A stretch of DNA of 64,000 nucleotides from Zygnema circumcarinatum SAG 698-1b. Lineage: Eukaryota > Plantae > Zygnematophyceae. Positions within the stretch are counted from its first letter, which is position 1, and every line of letters begins with the position of its first letter. Below the pieces are notes generated by a model, which did no database searches, was not told the DNA's origin, and worked only from the letters and a program-made list of their open reading frames with translations. A program made the position numbers and the translations under genes. Location of the stretch: positions 2,170,001 to 2,234,000 of the forward strand of contig CM074811.1 of NCBI GenBank assembly GCA_037447605.1, in the 5' to 3' direction. This document shows, one piece after another, positions 1 to 13,300 of this stretch.

Positions 1-222
1 CAAGGACATGTGACAGCAAGAACACCAGAAGAAATATAAAAACTTATGCTATCATTCTACAAAGGAAAGCACACGCTTGCCATGAAAAATGGCAGCACTA
101 AAGCCAATCACAAAGCCCTCACTTGTACCAGCCGGTAAGGTGATACCCTCACAAGGTGCATAAAACACTTGCAGAAGTGATTAAAGTAGGCAGTGGGGTG
201 GGGGAAGGGAGGGATTCTTTAC

Positions 223-2825
223 ATAAAGCTCCACATACAACACGACCTGCAAATGCCCCCACCCAAGAAGATCACACACGTGAGGCCTGGGCAAACAGAG
301 GAATACTAAATGGAGGAGGAGAGGATAAAAAAGAAATGACTGTGTAGTCGGTACAATTGAAATAGAGGCTTTGTATGGAACAAGAAGGGAAGGCATTGGG
401 GGGACATACACATTAGGCAAACAAGAGCAGATGGAAAAAGAAAATGGAAAATAAAGTGTGAAGTGTGTAAAACGGGAAGCAAAGACAAAAAGGAAAAGTC
501 ACGACGCAATCAGATACTACAAATAGCTAGCGAAAAGAGAAGCGTGGCCCGCCCTCACAAATCCCGACAACTCTGCTATCCTTCAATTGATTATTCCAGA
601 AACCGTAGACCCTAGAACCCTAGACTTTATGGTTTTGGGAACCTGATACCCTACAAAATTAAATTATTATGGACCTTCAAAGATTTGTTTACCTATGGAA
701 AGAAAACATTGACACTTGCATAACTGTATAGGTTCCTGAGATGATAGCCCAAATAACAAGTCTCCATTAAGAAGGAAACGCTGTTCTTATTGTTTCACTC
801 CCAATAGCTGAAGATATAGACGATGACAACGACGTGATTGCGATACATCCTTTCATAAACAAAATTCATGGAAGCCCGTTGCAAAGATGCGTGTGCTGCG
901 TGCCCATGGCCTTCTCAGTCTAACCTTAGTAACAAAGACCTGTCCCTCGAAAGAGAATGAATAGACTTAAAATGCTGTTCCCTCCAAGAAGTTACAAGAA
1001 CAGAGCTTGCTGCAGGACATGTAAAGCCACACTTAAAGGACAAATCCAGTCCAACCCATTACAGATGGGGCCCGTGCTGCTCTTTCAAAGATAAGTCCCT
1101 ACGTTCCTGAGAAAGTTCAAGTAAGGAATGCCAACAGATGCTCCTATTGCATGCTCGATAATTGCTCTAAAATAATTCTGACAAGGTGGAAGGTGAAAAA
1201 CTTGGAAGTGTGCAGCTGCAGACTACCTAACACAAAGCGTGGCAAGGACTGGGAAGCTATGCACTTGAGATGACCTCACAACATTCCTGGAACATTAGTG
1301 CAGCCTGAAGAAGTTGCAAACCTCAACCTGATACCAACAGGAAGAATCCTGCTTACTCCCTTAAACTAGGAAGGTCGACATTAAACGAACCAATCTGCCA
1401 CAAGTCGAGGCTGCTCCTTGTGTGCTTATCAAAACTCCTATCTGTGTCTGGGGTATTGGCAAAGGGGTTTTCCCGAACGCGCATCTTCCGTATGGAACGA
1501 GCCCAGTACCCTCCAATGAATTTCATCTTTCTGAGGCTTCCTACCCAGCCTGTTCTCTGCTTTTATATGCACATGAATGCTCCGGCTTCATTTCGTGTAA
1601 TATACCCTCCCTTGCTTCAGATTCGTTTAACTTACCGATATGATCAGCCTTCCCGTCCGCCCAAAAGCCGCTTCTCCAATGTCGGGATATGTCTCCAGTC
1701 CCACCTGGCTGTCCAGGCAGTTGCGTAATACCAGGCCCGTGTAGCAGCAGATGAGGGCAAGCACAAGAAGGAGAAGGAGGCTGAGCCATCCCCCTTGCAT
1801 TAATGCATATGGAGTGCCAAGGACTCCAACTCCAGCCAGGACATTCACCCCTGCAAGCAAAGGAATGAACCCTCCCAACTTGCAGGTAAGGAGAATAGGA
1901 GAAGGCAATGGCACAAATTTGCTACATTGTTCGAACATCCATCACAAGAAGCGGGGAACAGTTTCACTTCTACTGAATACAACAAATGAAGTATCGCTAT
2001 AGTAAACTCGCGGTGCTGACACCACTTTCGACAAAGCGCCTGATTAATACCTTTTTAAAACTCGTACCTTTAAGCTCCAATTTTGCATAAAGATCAAGCT
2101 TTGACAGACACACCTTATACCAAATACCTTCAGTAAATGTGACTGCCTTCCCAACCGTTGATCCCGCGACGGAAAGTTGAAGCATTAAGGTACAGCAATC
2201 AACAAGCAACTGCGTTACTTTCAGCAATAACGCACTGAAATATCTCACCATTCAGCACAGCCTGCATGTAACTGCTGCCTTGCACATTCACTCCAGCTGG
2301 CTCTGTGCTATAGACGGCCTCATCCTCTGGAGCCGCCTTCCTATGCGACGTCTTAGTATGCTCCGGCGGCTTGTGGTGCGTTGGAAGTGGAGCGGTTTGA
2401 AAAGTTTCCGGCTCTCCAATGTGTGGCGTGGTGCGTCGATACGGAACTGGAGCATACGACGATAAGTAGGAGCCGCTGGGACGGCTGCCTGATAGCGGGC
2501 TCAACATGTGGATATTTGGAGAGGCCATGTAGCTGTAGATGTCCATAGATTGTCTGCAAGTTCAGGAAACGGTGAGCGGTTACCGCGGTGAACTGCAACA
2601 CCCTATAGATTCATACTACAAAGCTCCCTGTTTGCAAGAAGAAAGCAGGACAGATCCCCACCGATAGCTCTGCGGCCAGGACGGTTGCGGCGCCTCATGT
2701 CGATCCTGCGGAGATGCGGGTGGGGTGTCATCCTCGTCATCTGCACTTCCTGCATGCCGCTCCTCCTCTCCTTCACCGTCTAGCTCGTCGGAAAAGTACA
2801 GCGGCTCGATATGGTGCCCAGCCAT
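223..2825 (-). CDS. AVT1: Vacuolar amino acid transporter, AVT1/Aa_trans family (5' part; gene continues beyond the left edge). Exons 2825-2662, 2553-2249, 1850-1636, 246-223
   Basis: The spliced translation gives the AVT1 hallmarks [69 protein letters not shown]. All junctions are GT-AG and keep the frame. Confidence 0.9.
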
Positions 2826-2847
2826 GGCGTCAAAGGTGACCCCTTCG

Positions 2848-2871
2848 ATTAGGGTTGAAGATTAGGGTTTT
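2848..2871 (-). promoter_or_regulatory. Telo-box motifs (AAACCCTAA) in the AVT1 5' region; another lies at 4293-4301 before MED13
   Basis: ATTAGGGTT occurs twice at 2848-2871, and AAACCCTAA at 4293. Confidence 0.45.
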
Positions 2872-3096
2872 CAGGCTCCGCCCTCTAGGTCTGTCTGTGT
2901 TGCAGCAGCTCCAGGCCGAGGGAGGGAGCCCGAGGGAGTCCGCCGCCAGTCGCCATGGCCGCCTCCTTCCAGCAGTGAAGCTGTCAGGAGGGTCGTCCGT
3001 ACGTCCTACGTTTCCGTACACTGAACTGTGACACTTCGTCCGTATAGAATCTGAATGGACGGACCGATTTTCACGATGCCGTACACATTATACGAA

Positions 3097-4112
3097 GGAA
3101 AATTCTATTCTCACACCTTTTTTGTCTACGCACAGACCTCTTTTCGCTGGGCAGATTTTAAAATAGACAAAAAAGGAACACACCTTTCACACCTTTTTTT
3201 TTTCACCTTTTTTTTCATATCTTTTTGGAATCGATACACGCTACTAGTCCTGAGCGGCCGAGCGCCGTGAGACCTTTTTCTGTCGGGCAGATTTTACTCC
3301 TTATCATTTATCTTCAGAGAAAAAAATATCTGCCTGCCCGAATCCGCTCGGAGCGGAAGATCCGTCCGCCACGAGATCGTTCGCGGGTAGCCGTCCTTCA
3401 CACGTGCAATAATTTTCCGCCGTCGATATTCACGCAGATCGCACCATGGCAGATCACCGTTCGATCGGCAGCCGGGCTCTGTCCCACGTGTCCCATCCAA
3501 GCCGGCTCCAAGGACCGTACAAAAGGCGTACGCCCGCAGCTTCGAGGAAAGTCAAAAAACGTAATAATTAAAGTTGAGTGCCTATACCAATCACAGTTTG
3601 CCACGTCTGAAAAGAGCACGCGGCAGGTGGTGATTGGTTCAAGCTCGCAATATAAGGAATTCAGACTTTCCTCGAAGCTGCGACCGTACGAGTTGTGTAC
3701 GGACCAGGAGCTGCTCGGGTGGGACACGTGGGCGTGTGCCATTCGCTGGAATCGAGCCCGGCTGCCGATCGAACGGTGATCGGCCGTGGTGTGATCTGCT
3801 CTAGAATCGACGGTGTATAGTTTCTGCACGTGTAAAGGACGGCCACCCGCGAACGATCTCGTGGCGGACGGATCTTCTGCTCCGAGTGGATTCGGGCAGG
3901 CCGATATTTTTTTCTTTGAAAAAAACAAGAAGGGATAAAATCTGCCCGATGGAGAAAGGTGTGTATCGATTTCAAAAAGGTGTGAAAAAAAAGGTGAAAA
4001 AAAAAAGGTGAGAAGGTGTGAAAGGTGTGTTCTTTTTTTGTGCTATTTTAAAATCTGCCCGGCGAAAGGAGGCCTGTGTGTAGACAAAAAAGGTGTGAGA
4101 ATAGAATTTTCC
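3097..4112. mobile_element. Non-autonomous long-TIR (foldback, Mutator-like) element of 1016 bp
   Basis: Arms of about 380 bp are inverted copies (3097 GGAAAATTCTATTCTCACACC ... GGTGTGAGAATAGAATTTTCC 4112). An exact 8-bp TSD, TATACGAA, lies at 3089-3096 and 4113-4120. The arms are homologous to the element at 53104-56236. Confidence 0.85.
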
Positions 4113-4336
4113 TATACGAAACCAACGGTCCTTTTGTGTACGGACAGGGACAAGTATCGTATTGTGGAATATTGTCGATATCTAGATATAGTTTACGCGG
4201 TATTGGAGTCTGTATCGAGGCCAGTGCCGTACGAAGGGGAGCAGCAGTCCATGGCGGCTCTCTCCTCACCTCCCTCGCAAGGAAGAGGGGGCAAACCCTA
4301 ATGAGATCCGGTCGCTGTGCTCTCGCGGAGGGGGAT

Positions 4337-7300
4337 ATGAGCATTACAAAGCAGATAGAGGTTTTGAATAGCACATTACATTCAGTCATGGGACTTGCTT
4401 GAGCCCTTGCGTGACTGCTCACGTTGCACGCGAAGTTTGCAAGGAATCCTAAAATTCTTCGTCCTTCTGGCAGCGAGCATGAGTGCCCGCCTGCTGTCAA
4501 ACGTATTTCGACTGGTAATCTGCATATGTACCTGAATTACCTGGATGTTGATCTTACATACGTGCATTTTTTGGACGGCCGTCCCTTGCAGCCATTTTCC
4601 CCCCTCTATCTCTCGTCTCTCTCTTTTACTCTCGCTCTCTCTTTCTCTCTCTTTTTCTCTTGCTCTCTCAGGAGCCATTGCTTTTTTTTCTGGGGTGTTT
4701 CAGGATGGATTCGCTGAAGTCACATGGATGCGACTGGTTTGCCGTCCGAGCAGCGACCAGGCAATGCCATTGACAAGGTTTTCCGCCTCCCTTTTGCACC
4801 GGATTTAGGGTTCGATGTTTTTACTTTACGGTTTCTGCTTAATTTCTCTCGGCTATACGCAGCGAGATAACGTGTCGTCGTTCTTCACTACACATGCAGG
4901 GAGCAAAAGGTGCGTGCATTGGCCAGTGCGCACATCTGGCTGCAAGACGCGGGGCACTTATCAGCATGGGGTTGGACTCCTGCAACTCACGTGCAAGGTA
5001 CTTGACGAAGATCAGTATCTTGGAAGAGTTGGTTTCCTTGAATCCTGACAACTTTCTTTCGTGTTTCTTGGTGAGGCGAATGTGATGGACCCAGCTCTCA
5101 GTTAATTGCAGGTCTGCCCTAAATTAAAACTTAGGCAGTAGAAGCATTCGCCAAGGAGACTGATTGCTCCTCAGGATATTCGTTTTTATCCTTATCAAAA
5201 CAAGGATTGAGTACACATACTATTGACAAGTTGAGGGTCATATCGAAGACTTGCTAAAGATTCCTGCGCGTCTGCTGATTATTGTCAAAGCAGAGCATTT
5301 TTTTGAGGAGACAATCAGCTTATCTTAGCTAGTTTCAAAGTAATAGAGATGCATAAGTGAAGTAAGCCTGCTAAATAGTCCGTTTAAAAAGTTGTTGAGC
5401 TATTGAAAGTGTCATTTGGGGATTAAAGAATGAATGCCTTCATGTAGCTTGAATTTTTGAACCGCGTGTGGTTGCAAGTTCTAGCACTTTTGCTACTATT
5501 ATTGAATTGTGTGGAAACTTGGAAGGCCAGATAAAGGTGATCATTACGTGCTGCCTATTGCTTTGCAAGAGAGATCTAACATCTGAGCCTCAAGAAAACA
5601 GCATCCTTAGACTGCTGTGATATACAAGTTCCTGACCTTTTCATAAAATTCTGCTTTTTGTTGTTTATTTGTTTTTTCAGAAGGCGAACTAAGTTTATGG
5701 TTGTTTTTTCCTAAAGGGGTTCACTTCACGATCCCTGCTGAAATTTCAAACCTTTCACGTAGGTCCTTCTCCTTCAATCCACCATACTGCCTTTGTTGCA
5801 ACTGCTCTATTTTTTACTTTGAACTTGTTTCTGCTGTCCTCCTCACTTTCTCCATGTGCACATTTCTTCACAGCAACTTGCTTCTGAGGTCAATTCATCT
5901 GTGGGACCCATAGGCATTCGTCATACAGACACCAATGAAGGTGCAGAATTTGCGGTGCATGCCTAAACAATGGACAAAGAAATGAAGTCCTTAATGCAAT
6001 GTTCTTTAACGCACATGAAAGAGATAGGAGTTGGAATGGTGAACTTCGACCTAGTTGTTTGGAAGCAATCTGTTCACCCTGCCAGGTTCTTTTCTCATTT
6101 AGATTCTCCAAAGATTCGTACACAACCTTAATCTATGGCTTTGCTACTTTCTCGACAACCTCGTCACCGCCCCGGGTTGCAATTGAGAAGTCGTTTGCAT
6201 TTTTGTCATTGCCAGTGGCAGAAGTGGGTCAATGGCAGTGCAACGATGGAGAGGAATCTCTTGGAGTGCTTCTCTTCCAAGCATTGGGGGCTCACGTTCA
6301 AAGGTTTGGTTTATAGTTCCATCTGTATCGCTATTTTGTCTCGGAAACTTTTGTGCTTTTGTGCAGTGAGTACGATTCCAATAGTTGACCTAGGATTGTA
6401 GCCTCTGCTGGTTGTCAGGATGCTGGTGAAGGCTGGCTATGTGCAGTTTGGACACATGTTGGTGAAATGCAGAGCTTCGTCCATGAACATGGCTCCGATG
6501 GCATGGTGAGCTAATTCAATCCTTGAAGATGTTATGAACGAATCTCAAATGCGTGAAGGCTCGTTAGTAAAAGCTCGACTTGTCTACTTGTAGAAGGAAA
6601 GGAAGTTGCCAAATGTGCAATCTCAATGAGATGCAAGAGGATGAAAGTATCCGTTTCTATTTCATGCAGTCCTTCCCTTCCGTCCGTGGAGTTGCACTTT
6701 GTCGCCAGCAACTCCGCTGTATATGTCGCAGCTCTTTGCAGCCGAAGGTATGTGACCTGTGAACATTCTGTATCTTTAGTTAAGTCTTTTGGATATGAGA
6801 CAACTCAGAGTGAGAAGGGAAGCTGGCGGAAGCTTCCTCAGGTCATTGTGTTTCATCAAAGAGCGGAAAATCAAAGACCCAAGTGAAGGCACTGTTGTTC
6901 CTTTCTTCTGTAAGTCAAAATGGAGTCTTCAAAAGACTTTAACACAGCAAGTGAGTATTTGATTACAATTTATGCCACTCTGCCTAGCAAGTAACAGTTT
7001 GCTTGCTGCTGCTCATGCAGACACGTGAGAAGATTGGTAGAAGGAGATATACAACAGTGCAGTGGGGGAGGTGGCATGCAAGAAGGTGCGGAGGAGATCC
7101 ATGCAAGTCCTTGATGACCTCTTGAGGAAGCTGGTTTGTCAGATAGAGAGAGGAATTTAGCGGTACAAGCACACACCCTGAAAAGTTTTTGCTTGTTTGA
7201 AGAATCTGACTAGTGACATGGCTGGGAAGATTTGCAGTGTTGGTTGCACCTTATGGATGGATTGGAGCACTTCGCCGTCGGTGCTCTTCAGAGCTCGTGA

Positions 7301-10300
7301 AGAGACTTCGGTCGGCAGAAGGAAGTTCATGGTTGGTGTAATTGTCTACTTAAAATAGTTTGCCCAAATCCCAGGACGAGGGTAGTCAGACTGTGGGCTC
7401 TTCTGTTCAATTGTCAGTCTAGGAACATCAAAGGTCCTCCCATACTCACGTAAAAGCCAATGGCCATCAGCTTAGCATTCGACGAGTTTCCTACCCATGT
7501 TTCTCTCATAATCCTTTGTTCGACTTTCTGGGCTCCTCCTCCTTTGACTACATTTTAGAAGTTTTCGAAATTCTGATTCTTCTAAACTGACCCATGTTTA
7601 TATTGCAGGGAAAATGGCGTGTTGTCAGGTGACCTGAAGGCTTTTGATTTGGATCATGAAGCCCTCTTTGTGGAGGTACAGATACTGCAATCGAGCTCGT
7701 CTGAAACTCCGGCTGGTCACTGCACTGCTTCAGCAGAGCATCATAGTCTAGACGGCAAGGTTGTGATTGTACCACAAGAGAGAGTGCTGAGACCACTATG
7801 GCCACCTCCTCCATCCAGCAATTCCAACGCAAGGTATGGCTGCAGGAAGCCCTTTAGCCCCTCACATTACCTTTCCTTAAGTCTCCACATGCGACTACGA
7901 ACGAAGACCAAAGCATTTAGAATGCTTATAATCCTTTATCACACCTGCAAAGGGGTTTTTGGGGGCTCTGTTTGGGGTTCGTAGGACTTTAGAAGCTTTT
8001 TTTTTACCCATGTCATACGGTTTGTTCTGCAGCTGATTGCATTTTCTTTTGGGATGGACTCAGGATGCAGAGTAGCCGCAGAGGACAGGAGGAGTGGAGC
8101 AATGCTTACCTTTCAAGTTTGTTTCGAGCCCTCCGCAGAAGCTGGGTTGAAGCTCGGGCTGATATGTGTGGACCTTTACAAACAATGTGAGCGTGCTGCT
8201 CTGCTTAGCTTCGCATCCTTCAAACGTGATAGCAATTTCACAAACAAAACCTGATTTTTTCCTCACAACGTTCATGTTCGGATCCTTTACTGCTCCGGAT
8301 CGGCAGCATGTGGGATAATCAGAAGCCATGGAACACCATGGATTAGGTTAGAATGCATGGCTGCTCACTTCCCCTTTCAGGAAAGGAGACTTGTCGATTT
8401 CTTTACATTGTTGAGAGGGTTCAGAAGCGTATAAGAGCCGATGTTTTTTGGAAGCTTAGGCTCACACAATGCGAAACTGTTCCTTTATCGTTGCAGGCAG
8501 GCAGTAAAGAATTTACTTGAAGGGCGAGCTGCAGTCTCCTCTGCAGCAGGGAGCAGTGCTGCTGCAAGCGTTCACAGTAAGGGAAATAGTAACAGCAGTG
8601 GCAGCAACAGCTTGGACGAGGAGGAGGGAGAAGGGGAGGGAGAGGGGGAGGGGGAGGTCGAGGTGGAGGGAGAGGGGAATGGAGAGGGGCAGGTTGAGGA
8701 CAGTCATAGGGACGAACGCAGCAAGAGACCTTTAGACAGTGTTCTCTTACCGATCGGAAAACGATCTCGCAGCTTACCACCACGCACTCCCACTGAAGGG
8801 ACTTTCGCGACGGAGGGGGTGAGTGAGGCAGGAGGAGTGGATTAACTATGATAGACTTCGTGGTTGCATGGTTTGCAAACCATTGATAGAACAGCCGATA
8901 CAAACTAGTGTATTCATTCTATGACTGGCTTGGCAGAACCATTTGAGTTCATTTCATGATGTGTGTATGGCATATCATTCAAAGATTTTGGTCTATTATG
9001 TTGTGCAGATGGGCAAGTATCGACATGGAGGAGGCTCGCCGGGCTGTTCTGAAGAGCCCTCATCTCTCCCTCCCTTTCGCCAGTGGAGGTCTTTTCCTGA
9101 TGGGCCATGGAGTTTCCCCCATCAGCTCTCTCCCTTTGAAGTGGGAGGGCCGGAGGTAGATGATGTGGACATTTTGGCAGACTATGGAGGTTTGAGTGAA
9201 GTATTTGAAGACGACGGGCTTGGTCTTGGAGAGGTAACACTCGTTCTTTGACCTGCCGCTCCTTCTGCTTCTCCTCTGAGTTATATGCTGACCTTATGGA
9301 AGAACCAATTCACCTTCTCCTCGTTTTTGTTCTACTTTAAATTTTGCCATTCTTTTTCCTTGTACATGTGCGTTCTGTTGAAAGTGAAAACAGGACTGTA
9401 TTTCGTGAATGTATTGCCTGGGATATGTCCCAAATTCAGCACTCATGTATCCTTTGATGGAGAGTACGTGGTTTTGGAAGTATCGGCAGCTTGGAAGGAC
9501 TTTCGGAAGTGATTTGTCTTGGTAGAGGCCTGAAAAGGAGAATAAAGAGTTTTACCCCCCCGTTGAATGTACATTTCTTTCTCATCCTGTGATCCTTTGA
9601 TGCAGCTTCCTGATGCTCAAGAAGCCCAAGCCCTGCTTCTCCCTTCAGCTGCAGGAGCAGCTGCCCACAGTTTAACTGAAAAAATACGGCATTCTCGTGC
9701 AGAAGCCCGCATAGAACGGCTTGAGTTAGCTACACAGGCAGAAGCAGAGGCTCTTTGTGCTTCTGGGTATGGAGCTGTAAGCGAACTCTCCCATAGAGAC
9801 TTCCCTTCACGAGGAAGTATGTCTTTCCAATACAACCCCCCTTCGAATTCTTCCTCCGTCCTAGACACCGAAAGAATGGGGGCAATTGGAAAAAGTGATT
9901 ATGGACCAGACCCACCTTCACTAAGGAATGCTGCCTGCGAGAACACAGAGGATGTTGCTAGGATGCATCAACCAGAAAACAAAGCAAGTACAAAACGAAT
10001 AGTTGTGGACTCTGGGGGGGTTGTCTCAGCATCTCCTATTGCGGAGGAGGCAGGTGCATCCGCAGGTAGAAAAATTCTAAAAAATTCAAACCACAAGGAG
10101 CCCAAGAAAACGATTGGAAGAACGAACCCCCTTCTTGCAGGCACCCCCTTTGAGTCGCTTGTGCTGCAGATGTCAGCAGGGTGGGGCCCACATGATAGCT
10201 TAGAGCAGCATTGTGTGTGCAAAGGGGGTGCAATTGTAGCAAAGTCTGGAAGTGGGTCAAAAGATGTATCTTCTCGAGAACGCATTCCTTCCCGAATTGC

Positions 10301-13300
10301 AGGGGATGATACTGCTTATGACAGTCCTGGAACAGCTCCTACAGGATTGGTGGGAGTATGGAGGTCGGTGGAGACTCAACAACAAGGAGGAGTAGCTGCA
10401 GGAAACGGTCCTTTACAAGGGCCCCTTATGCCAGGTGTCGAACAGGAGGCTATACCACTCCTTCTCCAGCAGCTCACTCCCTCTTCTGATATGGCTCTGG
10501 AAAAAGCTCTCTCCCTTCTCGAATCCCAACGCTGCGTGAACTGCGGAGCTCCCATGCGTAGCATTCAGAGCGGCAAACCTGCAGAAACTTCTCTTTGGGC
10601 TGCCCAGCCTCTCAACCTTCTCCTTGCTCCGGTTGGCAGTCTCTCGCCTCTCATTACCTGTTCCCCTCTCTATGTCGTGGCGATTGCATACAACCACGAA
10701 CTGTTGCTTTTGGTTCCTAATGAGATGGGTCGTCCAAAACTTGGCCTTGTTACGAGTCAGCTCTTTTCCGAGTTGCCTCTCTCAATTGTCATTTTGTACT
10801 CTCAGGAAAAACAGGTAAGACAATGATGTTTTTCCTAATGTGAACGTTGTTGTATTCCTTTCAGATGTCGGCATCATCGGCATCTGCTGTGCTTAAATTC
10901 GATGTTAGCCCAGCTTTGATATCAGCTTTCGGAGTAGAGAATGTTCAAGGCCCTCTTACTGCATCAGAGTGGTGCCATGGTTCTGCAGCTCCCTCCTTCC
11001 CGGAAGTTTCTTGCCCCCATGTAGTGGACCCGATTGCTGATGGAATGGAGGGAGAGGCCGAACCCATAACTCCCCCACAGGGAGGTTATACAGGAGCGAG
11101 CAGCGGGAGAGGGGCAGGAGAAGGAGGGTTCGCAGATAGTCCTCTCCCTGAGAATGCAGACGAAGGGGAGAGTGGGGAGTTGGGGTCAAACCAAAGCTCA
11201 AATGGTGGACTTCCATTCGATGAACTCGCACTTGCCGCCCTTTCAGGACCTTCAATTCTTGTGGGGTGTGTCCGCTCCCCTAGTTTTGTTAAGCGAGTCT
11301 ATTATATGGCCAATATCTGTCTGAAGAGTTTGATTTCTTGTGTAGAGTAACATAAATTCTCCCTCGTCCATTTCTGAGGTGCTTGAGGTCCATTTAAAAT
11401 TAAAATTTTAAATGTATTAATGCAGGTATCAAGAGGACTGGCTGGCCACTTCCCCTGCGATTTTAGCTCTCTGGGATAAGGCCCCTTTAGAGCCGTACAG
11501 CTCTCCTAAGCCCGTGAGTGCTGCCTTCGTTCATTGCTTCTTTGCAATGAAGAAAAGAAGCAATGAACTTCTTTTCATTGCTTCTTGAATCCATGTTAAG
11601 GGTGGCCGCAACAATACCTTTCATTGTGATCATTGTAAGGATTGCCACCTCCGTTTACTTGGCCCTTCTCTTCTCGGGTTCGGTCTGACTAAGTTAGTAA
11701 CTGGTTGACTTGACAGGTATTGTACTATGCTTTATGCCCTCAGGAAGAGCGAGTGCTACAGGGCGCAGCTAACTTCTTTCATGAACTTGGTACAGGTAAC
11801 CTCTTTCAGAGCTATCTTTCCCATTTCTGTCAGGGAAAATCCATCACTTGTATTGTCAATTATTTGCAGGGCAAGTTCGCCTTCGTGTATTCACATTTCA
11901 GTCTTGTCAGCCCCTCATAAATATGATTGTTTTCTGGTTTTGGAACATGGGTATGATGCCGTTCTGCAGTATATGAAGCATGCCGACTTGGAACACACTC
12001 TCCTGCTACCCTGGAAGTGGGAGACTCTCAGGTGTGGAGTGGACCTGGAAGCAGCTTCCCAGGATTGGTCCAGGTGGCAATGCCGCCTTCTGATTGGTCA
12101 ATTGATGCATACGTGGAGGCTATCCGCAAAGCTTGTGCAACTTTCGAGGTCCTTCCTCCTACAGGATCAAATGTCACAACTTGCGATGGCGATTTTGAGC
12201 CCTGTGTGGTAAGTGGCAGTGCAACTGGCAAGATGGGTGTTTGGAGGACCTTGTTCTGTAAGTTTGAAAGCTCCTCAGTATGGGAAAGCCCAATTTCTCG
12301 GTCCATTCCAAAGAAAAGAATGGTAGACTGAAGAAGCAAGAGTAAGCTTCTTGTCCATTTGTCGGTGCAGGTTGTATATGTAGTGTGTCCTTGGAATGAT
12401 CCAACTTCCATTCTTCGACTATTGGCTGCTTCAGCAGCAATTCTCGGAGCATCTGCAGGAATTCGCGGTCTTGAAGAGCCACGAAATACCGACACTCTCT
12501 GCTTAAAAAGCAGCATTGCTTTGCAGCTCATTCCCCTTCAGTTGCTGCTGCCTGGAAGTAGACCTACTCTACACCCCCAACTAAGAGAGATGGCATTCTC
12601 TGTATACACCAAAGCTCGCAGAACAGCTCTCGGTTCCCATTCTCCTCCCGAACCCACTCCCTCTCGTCTCTCATCTCTGCCCCCTCTCTCTACAGGGGCC
12701 CAATGGAAAGACTGCAGCAACCGCAGTGAAGCAGCAGGGTCAGCTACTAAGAGTCCCTCCGAGGGGCTCGGAACAGGCTGGCTATATGAGCCCCTTTTTG
12801 TGTTGTCCCGACCATGCCAACTGCAGAGAGGGATAGGGGAGGGAGGGGATGCGAATGGCTCTCCTTCTCCTCCAGAGTTCGCAGCAGATGGGGGGGGGGG
12901 TTCAGCATTGCATTGCTGCTATACATGGGGAGGGGGAAGTCCAAGTCATCGTTCATTACTGTGTGTATGGACAGACTCTCGAGGAGAGTTGTTAGAGGTG
13001 GAGGTGCTTTCTGGGGCAGATCAGGGAGGTAGTCTGCAACGCTGCTTTACCAGCTTGCTCACTAAAGGACTACAACTCATTCGGCTTGCGGGCTCATCTG
13101 TACCAAGCAGACGAATCGTTATTATGCGTCTCGGGACTATGCCTTACCAGGAGACTCGCGGTACGGACCTTGAACTTATAACCTGTGGGAGAGGAAGCAC
13201 TGAAGTCGGCTTTTGTTGAATTTTCCATTAATGGGTTTAATGGGTTTGGACTCACTGATGAATACTGTGCGTTTCTGCTCTGCAGATTGGCACTTCGTAT

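Noticed and set aside
4704-4780. Possible GC-AG intron in MED13 after ...GACCAG|GC
   Set aside because: A canonical GT donor 17 nt downstream (ACAAG|GTTTTC) gives the correct phase with the next exon.
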